A stretch of 64,000 bases of DNA from Eledone cirrhosa (lineage: Eukaryota). The notes under the pieces were generated by a model that was not told where the DNA came from, searched no databases, and saw only the letters and a list, made by a program, of their open reading frames with translations. Both the position numbers and the translations under genes were made by a program. Location of the stretch: the NCBI GenBank assembly GCA_964016885.1, contig OZ024742.1:9424001-9488000 (forward strand). The letters are read 5' to 3'. Shown one piece after another: positions 30,927 through 46,462 of this stretch (position 1 is the first letter of the stretch; every line of letters begins with the position of its first letter).

Positions 30927-31273
30927 ATAGGACTTACCGCATGTGACTTCAAGACCCGGCTATACCAACATAGACATACCTTTCGAAACCCGGCCCGGCG
31001 TCACGCCACTACACTTTCGGGCCACATATGGGACCTCAAGGACAACAACATCACCTATGATCTCACTTGGAGATTACCGTCCAGAGCCAATTCTTACACG
31101 GGAGGACGCCGTCCGTGCAATTTATGCTCGGAGGAAACCTTACAAATGCTGTTTTCGACGGACCAACTCCTAAACAAGAAAGATGAACTGGTTACTGCAT
31201 GTAAACATAGATTGCGTAGGACTTACCTCGCCCTCAAACCCCATAATGACCCGGGGGGGGGGGGGTAGACTAG
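30927..31273 (+). pseudogene. PLE GIY-YIG endonuclease C-terminal fragment (not in the ORF track)
   Basis: Manual translation IGLTACDFKTRLYQHRHTFRN..TLSGHIWDLK..CNLCSEE..LLNKKDELVTACKH. Confidence 0.85.
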
Positions 31274-32377
31274 GGCTATAACACCCCAGTTGCCGATTTT
31301 GCAATGGGTAACCCCTGCTTGCCAAGGAAGACGTAAGATCTTCTTTGTATTCTTTTATCGCTTCCTTTATTTCCTCCCCCCCTCTCTCCTTTGTCCTTCT
31401 ACCCCAGCTCTTCTCCTTTGTCGGCGTCTTTTCTCGCCCACCCGAGGCTGCCCTTTGGCCCCATGTAGCCTTAGTACCCCCCCCCCCCCCTCCCCTAGTC
31501 TTTGATAGATTTGGCGGACTCCGCGCTTTATAGCAGTTGGCTTAGACCCCGGATACTTTCCCCCTTTTTCCGACCGCTCCCACTATTCTCTGTGCCCTCT
31601 ATATTTCTTAGTGGCACTTATGCCTTATTTTTTCGTTTCAGTATTTCTTGCTTCGCTTTTCTTCTGGGCGGGGTGGATTCTGAATTTATTTCTCCGTATT
31701 CTACCTTTATTTCGTACGAACTTTCATGTAGTTTGTTTTAGATCTTTTAGAGTTAGCATTAGTATATATTTTTCTCGGGACTCAGAATTATTATCTCGTA
31801 CAAGTTCACTTTGCTGCACTGGGTCGTTGCTGGCCCGGGATGGAAACCTTTATTGTTTATTTCGTGGTAGTCTCTTTAGTATTTTGGCCCCTTTTGTTGA
31901 CCCGTCACCGTATCATTTACGTACTTATACCTCTTAAAAGGGTCCTTGCCTTATCCGTCCCACCTAGTTCTCTTACTTATTTCCTTATTTATTTATTTAT
32001 TTATTTATTTACTTCTTTCTTTCTTTCTTTATTTTATTCTAGCCTAACAATAGCTAGAGACCTAGGTCGTTGAATTTAATTTACTTTACTTTTTTCTTTA
32101 CACTTATTTGCTTTTCTTCACTCTCAGTATTTTTTCTTTCCTATTTCTACCCCCCATTGTTCTACCTACCGTTCCGACTTCCTCCCCCTCCCCCTCCCCT
32201 GTATCTTCTTTGACCTCATGCCCAGCTGTAGCTGGCACTACCAACGCTTGATTGGGTCTACTCCACCCCCTCCCCTCTTTCTCCTACTGGCAGGTTTAGC
32301 CACCATCTCCCCTACTAATTTGCAACCACAGAATTACTACTGATTTTTGACAATCACTTTGACCATATATGGAATTA

Positions 32378-32469
32378 CCCCTTGAGAAGATCGGCTATTT
32401 AAATACCAGGATAAATTTTCATTTAGTCCAGAATTAGCCGTCGAAACGGCTTGAGCTCAGCTGTCGGGG
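32378..32469 (+). ncRNA. type-I hammerhead with U3-A8 core (inverted copy at 30311-30402)
   Basis: cccc TTGAGAA gatcggcta...tagccgtc GAAA cggc-ttgagctca-gctg TC gggg. Confidence 0.65.
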
Positions 32470-32733
32470 TCTTACTGGTTCCTATTACCCACTCTACTAC
32501 CTCAAGTATTGAGTACTTTGGTGCGTTATGGTCCACCTGGTTCCTTACCACATTTCCTTCGTTATATATATATATATATATATATATCACGCTTATTCTT
32601 GGTTCCTGGTCTCCATCTCATATTGTCATTGCTGACTTTCGCAATTTAACACTTAAACATACTCACGCATCCCACCACCAACATCAACACACTAAACACT
32701 AGACTACACACACACAGATATATATATATATAT

Positions 32734-35700
32734 ATTGTTATACTTGGGGAGGGTCATATTTGCGTAATATTGCCAGAATTAATAACAGAACACATTCACT
32801 GTTTGGTTGGTTTTCGCTTCTCGCTGTAATATTGCCAGAATTAATAACAGAACACACTCACTGTTTGGTTGGTTTTCGCTTTTCGCTTCTCACTGTTTTC
32901 TGTTATATAAAAACTACAATAACAACAGAACAAATCCGCTTCTTAAAACACTGTGTTTCCTCCAAAACATACACAACAAACATATCAAAACAAGTAAATA
33001 ATTTATTATTGAACAAAACACAAGCCGAACGGCTAAAACACACAATAACAGTTAATATGAAAAGAACAACATACACAAAAGTGAACGCACTCTACAGACA
33101 AAAACGCATCAACGGTAAGGAAAACCGAAATCTCATCACAGCAAACGAGAGAGATGACTGCATGAGCGTCATCCGACGCGAAACGAAATATGCTCGAAAT
33201 GAATGCTGTAGGCATTTCAAGAAGAAATTAGAATGGATGAATAAGAAAAAACTACAAGGAAAATCGAATATTCTCAAAAATACCCAGATAACATCGACAA
33301 TATCCGTATGACTGATGTAAAACTACCGGAAGAATTTACCAATGACCACACAGTAAATATCTATGGGAACACTTTAATCAGTGAACAAGAACAACAAATC
33401 CTAAGGTTACCACCAAAATTTGCCATCTACAAAAAGATTAACCCTATGGAATGCAAAACGAAGCTGGAAAAGTGTTTCACAAAAATACGTTGGAATGCAA
33501 AGGTAAACAACAACAACAATAATAACGGTAGTAGTAATATAAACAATAACTCTGGGTATAGAAATAACAGCCATAACCATAACAATGGCAGGAAAGTGAG
33601 AGATAGTGATAATGGCAATAATACTAGCGATAGACGGAACAACAACAACCACAATAATAATAATAATAGAAACGTTAACCACAGACACAGCAACAATGAC
33701 CACAGTAGTAATAACGGTAACAATACGAACAACAACAACAATAACCACAGTGGTAATAATGGAAATAGTACATGTAGCAACATCAACAAAAACAAGAAAC
33801 ATAATAATAGTAACAACCACAATGGTAGAAATAACAGTAACAACAACAACAATAACGGTGAAGTAAACAACAATACATCTAGCAATCATAACAATAATAA
33901 TAATGCTAATGATAGAAACAACAACAACCACCATGATAACAATAATAGCAACACACACAACTATGACGATAGATATAACGACAACCCCTTAGAGAAACTA
34001 TTTTTCAACCCAGCTGACAAAACATATAAGATGGGTAATATCTATCCTACGAGGTTACCCTTTAATAAAAGAGTTTGCATACCACAGCAAATAGATGACG
34101 AGACGGAGGCACAGTTCACCATAGCTAGAAATAAGATTAGACAAGTAGTAGACAGGTATACTATGAGACAGAGCAGACCAGAGGCCCAACAACTTGGGAG
34201 AAAACCTGTAGAAGGCTTGGTTAGCCTCAAGCAGCGCACAAGGGATGGTGAGATAGTGTGTCTACCCACAGATAAGTCTGGTAGGATGTCAATAGAGAGC
34301 ATGCCGAACTACATCGAGGCTATGCAACCCCACATCACCAACACCAGCGAAGTTGCACAATAAACACACGATGGGAGAGAAAAAATCCTCAACGCTCACA
34401 TGATGATGTGGACTGACATCCTAAAGCCAAGCAGACGCACTGCCAACAACTTCCAGGCGTCTAACAATGGCATACCACCCTTGTATGGGCTCCGCAAAGA
34501 CCACAAGACAGTTGACGACCCGACAACAGGACCACCAACAAGACCCGTATGCGGAGCTAATATAGCTAGCAACTACAGGATCTCCTACTTCCTCTCAATG
34601 GTTATACGCCCCATAATCAAGATGTCCCCATATGTATGTGAAAGTACAGAGGACCTCCTCAGCAGAATCAGTGAGTGCAACAAAAACAGGAGCCTATCCA
34701 ACTGCATAATAGGCAGCATGGATGTGATGTCACTGTACCCATCCATTAACATTGATTTTGCTGTGAAAAGATGTGTGGAGATGATCATTGAGAGTGAGGT
34801 GGAGTTCTGCGACGTCGACACAGACGAACTGGGCCTCCTACTTAGACTTACCTACGACACTGACTACCTAGACAGCCATGACCTTAGATGTTTCTGCCCT
34901 AGTAGACCTATAAGAGGTAGACCCCCCACCATAACCTCAATGGCTAAAAAGACTCCCATAGGAAGGTGGATTGGGTGGACCAAAGCTATACGGACCCCCC
35001 AAAACACTGATCAGGTAAGAAAAATGGTCGCACATGCAATAGGGGCTAGTATCAAAACTACCCTAAAGGGCCACATATTTAAGTCCAATGAGAAAATCTA
35101 CACCCAAAATGAGGGAGCAGCCATCGGCGTCAGCATAGCTGGTGATGTTGCCAAACTTTTCATGGTATGGTGGGAAAGGAGACTTAAAGATCTCCTTAAT
35201 GAAAGCTCCATAGACCTCATCATGTACTCTCGTTATGTAGACGATATCAATATAGTTATAAGAACACCCCCACTATAGAGCACTAACAAGTTTGATTTAG
35301 AACGTAGCACGATGGAAAGCATCCAGCAGATAGCTAATTCCATACACCAGAGTATAACTGTAACTATCGATTTCCCTTCCAAACACCCTAACAATAGACT
35401 ACCTGTATTAGACACAGAACTCTGGATTAACACTATAGACGAGAGAGCCCAAATTCTCCACTCACACTATGCTAAACCCATGGCCTCCAAATACCTGATA
35501 CTCAAAAACTCAGCAATGTCCAGTAGTGCTAAGTTTAATATTCTGATCGCAGATTTGGTACGAGTGATGAAGAATGTGTCCAGCATGTGCGACCCAACAG
35601 AAATGGAAAGACACATCCAACACTTCATCAACCGCATGCAGTTCTCTGGCTACAACAAAAGAGACAGAGTCGGAGTATACGAAGGAGCCATGGAAAAGTA

Positions 35701-36880
35701 TAAGACCCTCATAGAACTGGACATGAAAGGAATTTGCCCACTATACAGGAGCAAATCATGGAATAGCTTAGATAGGGCTAGTCATAAGATAGGGAAGGCC
35801 ACATCATGGTACGACAACCAGAGATATCAGAGTGTCATGTTTGTGGACGCCACCCCTGGAGGGAAATTAGCTAACCAGTGTAGAAAAGCCAGGAACCACC
35901 ATAAAATCCCTGATCAGCAAAACCTACCCTTTTAAGAAAACCCACTGTACCAATAGGAAATGTATCATATGTAAGGTGAACCCCCGGATAAACTGTAAAA
36001 CTAGAAACGTAGTCTATAGCATAAGATGTACAGAGGGTAGTTGCAGAAACATGACAACAACATACATAGGTGTGACAGCTCGTAGCATAGGTGAAAGGAT
36101 AGACCAACACTGGGGGGAACTAAAAGGACGAAAAAACGGGTCAGTACTATACGAACATGCTAGACAACAACATGACGGTAACATAGACAACATAGAAATT
36201 AGAATAATATCTAAACATAGGAATGACCCAGCAGATAGGCAAATCAGAGAGGCCAGTGAAATAGAAATTAGAAGACCAAAGCTAAACAGAAAGAATGAGT
36301 GGAACAACAACAACACCCAAACAAACAACACTGACCTAAGAGAAGTATAAATAAGTAAATAAAATAAAATAAAATAAGATAAATAAATACATACACAAGC
36401 ACAATAACAACAAGCACATAAACACACACTAGTCACCCAGCAGACACAACACTATACACACTAGTCACACAGCACACATAACACTATACACACACGCAAA
36501 CGCATGCGCAAAGAAGACAAAATAAAATAAGATAAACAAACAAGCAAATAAATAAATAAATATATAGACAGACTGAATAAAAAATGGCGTAGACATATAA
36601 CACAACAGGAGGAACAAGGAATATAACACCACTGACGATGTTGCAGATGTGCAACGAAAGATTTTTGTAAATTATGTAAACTATATATATGTGTTTGTGT
36701 ATATATTGTACCTGTATTATTTTTGACCGTTGGTCAGTCAATGGCAACATTGAGGACCGAGTAAGTTAGATCGCAGATATAAAAGACAGCGAGAAGCGAA
36801 AACCAACCAAACAGTGAGTGTGTTCTGTTATTAATTCTGGCAATATTACGCAAACATGACCCTCCCCAAGTATAACAATA
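32734..36880 (+). mobile_element. near full-length PLE A with ~95-bp inverted termini
   Basis: 32734-32826 is the reverse complement of 36786-36880 (partly tandem-duplicated at the 5' side); RT + GIY-YIG ORF between. Confidence 0.9.
32905..36350 (+). pseudogene. PLE RT-GIY-YIG polyprotein, disrupted by 2 in-frame stops and 2 frameshifts
   Basis: PTDKSG, LYGLRKDHK, RPVC, MDVMSLYPSI, RYVDD, LPVLD, Cys-rich linker, NVVY..YIGVT..H..E..LN; TAA at 34361, TAG at 35276. Confidence 0.9.
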
Positions 36881-36936
36881 TCTGTTTCGACACATGATTT
36901 CATATAAAAAACCTCGCTAAACTAATTCATCGCCGC

Positions 36937-36964
<28 letters not shown>

Positions 36965-36967
<3 letters not shown>

Positions 36968-37950
36968 CTTAGGTTAGTAGGAGTTATGTATTATATACCC
37001 GTGTCCCGTTAAGGTATTGGCAGCATAATAATTAGCTCTATGCTTTGGAGCAGAGCCGTATATATGAAAAAGAACACAAGAGCGTCTACAACATCAAAAG
37101 ATTTTATTGGCTAACAATGTTTCTTCCTCACGTGTAACCGTAGGATTCATCAGAGCTATAAAAGGGGTTTGATTGGTGTTATGGACTCTACCAACCAAAC
37201 ACCCAAGAACAAAGTGTAAAGAGAGTAAAGAGCAAAAGTAGGGGACGATAAGTCTAATATTGGTGCGGGAGGGTGGGGTGTTGGTCCTTGTTTACTAGCT
37301 GCGGTCATATTCATTCCCGGGAGTCGGGTGGTTAGCTGAACCATAGATGGGGTGGCGTCGATAGTATGGTGCAGAGGGTGCGCAGAGGCTACACAAACAC
37401 AAAGGGCGTAGAATACATATATACATATAGCGGAGGAGAAGGTACATGAGGTAATTAGAAATGGAAAAAGAGTAATAATAAAAATTTATAATTAATAGTG
37501 TATAATAAGGCATGGGGAAGATTACACTATAATAAGGTGTAAAGGTAAGAATAAGGTAAAATATAAAGGAGGATAAAAGTGGAAATAATAATAAAGATAA
37601 AAAAATATATATAGAGAATATATAAGGAAATATAATCGAATATTTGGAGGGGAAAACACAATGTAAAAAAACCGATTTTTTTCAAACAATAATAAAAATA
37701 TAATAATTATGGGGGGAGAAAACAGGATAGAGAAATATGATCAAGTGTGATTCGTTGAGAGAATATAATATATATAATATAATATATTCTCTCAACGAAT
37801 CACACTTGATCATATTTCTCTATCCTGTTTTCTCCCCCCATAATTATTATATTTTTATTATTGTTTGAAAAAAATCGGTTTTTTTACATTGTGTTTTCCC
37901 CTCCAAATATTCGCTTATATTTCCTTATATATTCTCTCTATATATTTTTT
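36965..37950 (-). mobile_element. non-coding PLE-like 3' end with a 170-bp foldback
   Basis: Inverted repeat ~37599-37770 / ~37777-37950; HHR motif then AATAAA on the - strand. Confidence 0.6.
37110..37156 (-). ncRNA. type-I hammerhead motif
   Basis: gct CTGATGA atcct...aggaa GAAA cattg TT agc. Confidence 0.55.
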
Positions 37951-38774
37951 CAAGTCACTCGACCAACAGATGGACACAGAAATCTCAAAGCACTCTGAAG
38001 GCCTACTCTACAAAAAACCCCTAAAACTTTGGATAGAAAACTGTGAGGATGAAGAACTAACATCCCTCCAGCGATGGGAAAAAAACGCCACATGGTTCAA
38101 CAACTACGAAATGGAATTCAAAAATGAACAACATACAGGTAACCCATTTTTAAAACAAACTAAAACTCACACACCACATGCACAACAAATAACAAAAAAA
38201 GTAACAAAACGTCCAACATACCCCCAGCAAAACTATAACGATAATCCCAGAAACCATAGACAAAATTATAACCCTACTAACAAAAACCAAAGATTCCCGA
38301 ACACAAGGCAGGACCTGATCCGCAAATCACAACCCACACAAAACCTATTCCAAAACCGTAGACCCCTGCCCACACAGAGCCTGTTCCAAAACCGTAGATC
38401 CCAACCCACACAAAGGAACCAAATCTACAACCCGGACTATCAACAAACCGAACCTCAATACGTCCGAAACTTCTATACAACACAACACAACAACAGAGGA
38501 AATACCATTAGATATAATAATACCAATGAAAAAAACATTCCAGAAAAATCATTTTTTAGACCAAGGCTACAGGACTCACGACACCCGGTGGCACAAACCG
38601 ATTTTGAAAAACCGAAAATAATTAACATTTCAAATACAAACCTCTCAGCCCAACAAGTAAAAATTCTCTCCAAAGGTCTGAAATCCACACCAACACCACA
38701 ATACCCTAACCCCAACGAGATAAAGGACGATATCCCACACTTCTGTAGAAAATTACGTCTCACAGAGGAATTCT

Positions 38775-40850
38775 TTGACAAGGAGAATAATGACGAATCG
38801 GAATAAAAGCAGCTACAACCCAACAAAAGGTAGAAACAGAGTTCTGGACAAATTTTGTGAGCACATAGCTACCTTCCCATACCATGAACTACCGCAACCT
38901 AAACCCAAACCCAACACAAGTCGAAGGGAATGGGAGATTATCCATGAACTAAAAAACAATACGGACATTGTAATTAAGGAAGCGGACAAGGGAAGTACTG
39001 TTGTCATTATGGAGGCTGAACAATATAAAAATTCTATGTTCTCTCTCTTACAAAATACTAATTACTATGAAAGAGTAAAAAACTACCAGCAATCAAAAAT
39101 AATGACCAAATTAAACACACTGATTTATCGATACCAGGAAGACCTAACTAAAAAGGAACGCGATTATTTAACAAATTTTAAATACAAAACCAGCAACCTT
39201 TACGGACTTCCGAAGATCCACAAATGTAAAATAATCAACGATGCCTGTAAACAATACACATCAGCCTGCGTGAACACACAATACCCCACAGACCTTAAAT
39301 TAAGACCAATTGTAGCGGGCCCACAATGTGAAACACACAGATTGAGAAACTTTATAGACATACTACTGAAACCAATACTGAAACACATACCAAGCCTTGT
39401 AAGAGACGATCTGGACCTCTTAAACCACCTCCCCAAACATGTCAACAACGACACTATTATTGTGTCTTTCGATGTAGTGAATCTCTACACAACGATCCCA
39501 CACCAATACGGACTAGAAGCAATAGGATTCTGGCTAGAGAAATATCCCAATGAGATACCTGACAGAATAGAAAAAAGCTTCATCACCGAGGGATTAAAAT
39601 TCATCCTACAGAACAACTTTTTTGATTTCGATGGCAATACTTACAAGCAAATATCGGGGACTGCGATGGGTACAAAAGCCGCTCCAACTTATGCCAACTT
39701 AGTCATGGCATACTTAGAAGTCCAGATATATGAACAGTCCAAATCAAAATACGGATTGAACTTCCACAAATATTTATCAGAGAATTGGAAACGCTACTTG
39801 GATGATTGCCTCATTCTTTGGTCCCACACACTCGACCAACTGAAGGATTTCAAAAACTTAATAAACGGCATCAATAACCACATCCAATTCACAATGGAAT
39901 ACAGCCAAGATCAACTCCCATTTCTGGACATCTTAATCACAAAAAAAGACACAAATATCGAAACTGACATACACTACAAACCAACAGATTCCAAAAAATA
40001 TCTGCTATTCACCTCCAACCATCCAAAGCACACGAAGACGAACATTCCTTTTAACCTAGCAAGAAGAATTTGCACAATTGTCTCCAATTATGAAACGCGA
40101 AATAAAAGACTCCAAGAATTAAAGGAAATTCTACTCGAGAGAGAGTACCCACTATTACTAATAAATAATGGAATAGAAAGGGCTAAAGCAATAGGCATTG
40201 AAGAATTACGGAAACAGAAACAAATTCAAGGTACGTCCAATATTCTATCATATATCTCAACACACAACCCAAGAAATGCGGAAGCTTACAACACTATTCA
40301 CAATAACATCCCACTACTAAAACAAAACCCAAGAATGAAAAAAGCCCTTGAAACACACAAAATAATCAAAAGCAAAAGACAACCAAAATCACTGAAAACA
40401 TTACTCACCAATGCCAAATTACCTACCACAAACCCACAACCAAGTATCAAAAAATGTGGTCGCTCTAATTGTGGATCCTGCACTCACCTCATTGAAGGCA
40501 ACACGTATACATTTAAATCAGGACAAAATTTTACTGTAAAAAATCACTTCACTTGCTCATCAAAAAATCTACTTTATGCCATTAAATGTAAAGGATGCAA
40601 TGAAGATTATATAGGACAAACTAAACTCACACTCAGAAACAGAATGACAGTTCATCGCCAACAATTACGAGATCCAACCACGAGACAGATACCACTAAGT
40701 GCATATCTGGACATTTGCGCAAGTAATAAGACACCCAAATTCCAAGTCTTCCCATTTTACCTTTGCGCTCACAATACAACAGAACAAATGCGAATAAATA
40801 AGGAAAATATGTTTATTCAAAAATATAGACCAACATTAAATAAGGTTTAA
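38775..40850 (+). CDS. PLE reverse transcriptase + GIY-YIG endonuclease (691-aa open frame; N-terminal part 37951-38806 separated by one frameshift)
   Basis: IKEADKG, YGLPKIHK, RPIVAGP, SFDVVNLYT, GTAMGT, WKRYLDD, LPFLD, CGRSNCGSC, NLLY..YIGQT..RMTVH..E..LN. Confidence 0.93.
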   Translation: MTRRIMTNRNKSSYNPTKGRNRVLDKFCEHIATFPYHELPQPKPKPNTSRREWEIIHELKNNTDIVIKEADKGSTVVIMEAEQYKNSMFSLLQNTNYYERVKNYQQSKIMTKLNTLIYRYQEDLTKKERDYLTNFKYKTSNLYGLPKIHKCKIINDACKQYTSACVNTQYPTDLKLRPIVAGPQCETHRLRNFIDILLKPILKHIPSLVRDDLDLLNHLPKHVNNDTIIVSFDVVNLYTTIPHQYGLEAIGFWLEKYPNEIPDRIEKSFITEGLKFILQNNFFDFDGNTYKQISGTAMGTKAAPTYANLVMAYLEVQIYEQSKSKYGLNFHKYLSENWKRYLDDCLILWSHTLDQLKDFKNLINGINNHIQFTMEYSQDQLPFLDILITKKDTNIETDIHYKPTDSKKYLLFTSNHPKHTKTNIPFNLARRICTIVSNYETRNKRLQELKEILLEREYPLLLINNGIERAKAIGIEELRKQKQIQGTSNILSYISTHNPRNAEAYNTIHNNIPLLKQNPRMKKALETHKIIKSKRQPKSLKTLLTNAKLPTTNPQPSIKKCGRSNCGSCTHLIEGNTYTFKSGQNFTVKNHFTCSSKNLLYAIKCKGCNEDYIGQTKLTLRNRMTVHRQQLRDPTTRQIPLSAYLDICASNKTPKFQVFPFYLCAHNTTEQMRINKENMFIQKYRPTLNKV

Positions 40851-41349
40851 TATACATTATGTCAACACCACAATATGACATACACACACACACATAACAC
40901 CTTCTACTTTAGAAAATAAAAGCCCGAACTAAATAAACCTTAACATACGTTTGCACTGGCAATACAACAGCAAACACGAAAAAGTAAGGAAAATATGTTC
41001 ATTCAAAAATATTCCTACTAAAGGAATCACTTTCCTACACACACACATACACACACACACACAATATATATATATATATATATATATATTGTCTTCATCT
41101 TAACATGCTAACCATACACCCACACACATAGCACCCATACACACACATAACAACCCCCACACCTACAACTCCATCCCCATTTCTACTAATAGAACCACTT
41201 TCCTACACACATATATATATACACACACACAAAATATATATTCTCTCCATCTTAACATACTCGCACACACACACATAACACCCATATATACACACACACA
41301 ACTCCCTCCCCCATCTCTACTAATAGAATCATCTTCCAATACACACATA

Positions 41350-41414
<65 letters not shown>

Positions 41415-41939
41415 ATACACACACACAAGCACACAAATAAACATACATATCTTCACTTTAATAGAAAATCTGAACTCTGACACCCCGGCGAGCTGGCCAT
41501 ATTCACTGAACCAGAACATTTCTCCCAATCCCTTTTCTCTTGACCACTATCTCTCCATTGTCATAACATTCACTATAAAGACTACAGATTAGTTTTCCAA
41601 ATAAGGGCGCAAAAATGTAATGAAAACTTGTTCACGTGACAGCCAAATTTCATTTATAACCAACCAAAAAAAAGCCTTCGTGAGCCTCCTTTTTTCAAGT
41701 AAAAAGAAATTCAAACACTCATATATGAAAAAACAACCTGTGACAACCCCCCCCCCCCTCTCTTATTTGAAGAACTATTGTAACGCGAACTGGCGCTAAA
41801 TTTATTATAATTATTGACAAACCAATCAAATTACTTCTCGAAAAACCTGGCATTTCGATCCACTTTTTCCATATAAAACAAGTAACATTCAGAGACCAAC
41901 CAGATGTGAGAAAAACCACAGACCCTCCATCTCAACTCA

Positions 41940-41977
41940 CCTTTTGAAAAGCAGAAGAACTGCGAAACCGGTAAAGG
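41940..41977 (+). ncRNA. minimal type-I hammerhead with U3-A8 core
   Basis: cctt TTGAAAA gcag-aagaa-ctgc GAAA ccgg TA aagg; same core at 15204-15239. Confidence 0.65.
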
Positions 41978-42108
41978 AACCAAATAAATATATATATATT
42001 TTTTAAAAATAAGACTCCAGTTACATTTTCGATTTCATCTCCTTTTCTTTATACTTTCACTCGTGTAGGACACCTCGGTTATTTTTCATTTTGTAAAAAA
42101 AAACTCAC

Positions 42109-42172
<64 letters not shown>

Positions 42173-43366
42173 TTAAACGTAGACGTCTTGCTGTTAAAAG
42201 CTACGATTGCTGAAAAGCAATAACAGTTGGTAACAGCTTCGGAGATATTCGGATTCTCAAAACAATTGTCTTTCTTCAAATGTCATCAGAAAGTGTCTTA
42301 TAAGTGAGTCATCTCCTATTGCTGCTAAATTTATTTTGGGTTTAGAAAAATAGGTTATATTTTATAGTAAAAATACATCTATCAATATTGGAATATAATG
42401 TGATAAAGGAAGATATATGGAGAGAAAGCTGTGTATTTCAATGACAAGGTAATATCACCGGAGTAGAGATCGGAAATACACCAGCCAGGGCCAACATATA
42501 TGAAAGAACAGTCATGGCCGTTTGTATGTTTACATAGATAGAGCCATACAAACATATATATATATATGTATTCATTCTCGATTATTTCTATGTTTCTCCA
42601 CACTACCACCACCACCACACAGGTACACGCATATGTATATATATATGTATATATACGTTATGACGGGTTGAGTCGGTGGTAACCACAGTAAGTAAGGTAC
42701 TCAATACATTGCAGTGTATAAAAGTTTTAATATAGATGAGATTCTACAGGGCTAGAACTGTTTCATTCTTTAGAAATCATCAGGAAACTGGATATCAAAA
42801 AAAAAGCATGGTATTTATTGGTCTCTTCAGGTGGTAGGAGAGGGTAGGGAGTGGGATGGGTGTAGGTCATTGGTTGATAGAAATGGGAATTCATTAAAAG
42901 CTAATTCTTCAAAGCTATAGTTTATTTTTAGAGTAACAAAGGCAGAAAGAATTCTATAAACAAGTTCAGGATGGGGTGCCACTCCTTATTTTTAAGTTTC
43001 TCTTAAGCTAACAATTTCAGGTGTCTATAAGATCATTGGGGGTCAGTCATGGTTGATGGATTTAAAGAAATGGGAGATTCTTTAAAAGCTAATTCTTTAA
43101 GGTGCTACTAAGTGACAGAGGGCTAGAGAATTCTATAGACCAATTCAAAATATTGAGTGCATTACCTACGATTATCTTCAAGTTTCTCATAAACTATTCA
43201 ACTATATTCCAAAAATCAACAGACACATTCACAAACACACACTCACACACTCGCGCGCCGCCCACATACACTCACACATACATATATACATATATATATA
43301 TACACACATACATATACATATATATATACACACATATACATATATATATATATACACACATATACA

Positions 43367-43470
<104 letters not shown>

Positions 43471-43640
43471 TACACATATATAGATATACACACATACATA
43501 CATACACATACATACACACATACACATATACATATACATATATATATACACACACACAGATACATACACCTACATATACACATATACACACATACACACA
43601 AATACACATATACACATACACACATTTATATATATACATA

Positions 43641-43695
<55 letters not shown>

Positions 43696-44032
43696 TACAT
43701 GTGCATACGCGTGTGCGTGCGCAGGTGTATGTATGTACATGCATGCACTTGCAAATACACATGTGTATACCTGTGTGCACGTGCACGCGTGTGCACCTGC
43801 ACATGCACACATGTATATATGTATACACACACACACACGCACACACACACATACATATATATATACATATATATATATATACATATATATACACACATAC
43901 ACACATACATATACATGTGTGTGTGCATATATGCATGTGCGTATCCGTATGCATGTGTATATGTGTGCATGTGCGCATTCGCACGCATGTGTGTGTGTAT
44001 ATACATATACACACAGATACATATACACATAC

Positions 44033-44067
<35 letters not shown>

Positions 44068-44145
44068 CATACATGGGTGTATATACATATGCATATGCAC
44101 CTGCACACACACATATATACACACACACATACACATATATATATA

Positions 44146-46462
<2,317 letters not shown>

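Larger units (their letters stand above)
30297..32562 (+). mobile_element. 5'-truncated PLE with inverted pseudo-LTR
   Basis: Inverted arms ~30297-30929 and ~31849-32484 around a GIY-YIG remnant; TA-flanked. Confidence 0.88.
37951..42113 (+). mobile_element. PLE B (Neptune/Naiad-like, clade uncertain), 5'-truncated
   Basis: RT-EN ORF, ~1.25-kb 3' region with HHR, ends in (TA)n; 3' end also present at 14750-15373. Confidence 0.9.

Noticed and set aside
36626-36670. Hammerhead in the PLE A 3' end (CTGACGA-t-gttgca-gatg-tgcaac-GAAA; also at 14498)
   Set aside because: Core words and stem II are present, but I could not identify stems I and III, so it is not called
32905-40850. Selenoprotein-type (UGA/SECIS) recoding reported for some PLEs
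   Set aside because: The in-frame stops seen are TAA and TAG, and the 691-aa frame has no internal TGA; no convincing SECIS was recognised
42183-42296. Possible - strand hammerhead with a GAAG/CA variant
   Set aside because: Stems I and II are poorly paired and there is only one copy
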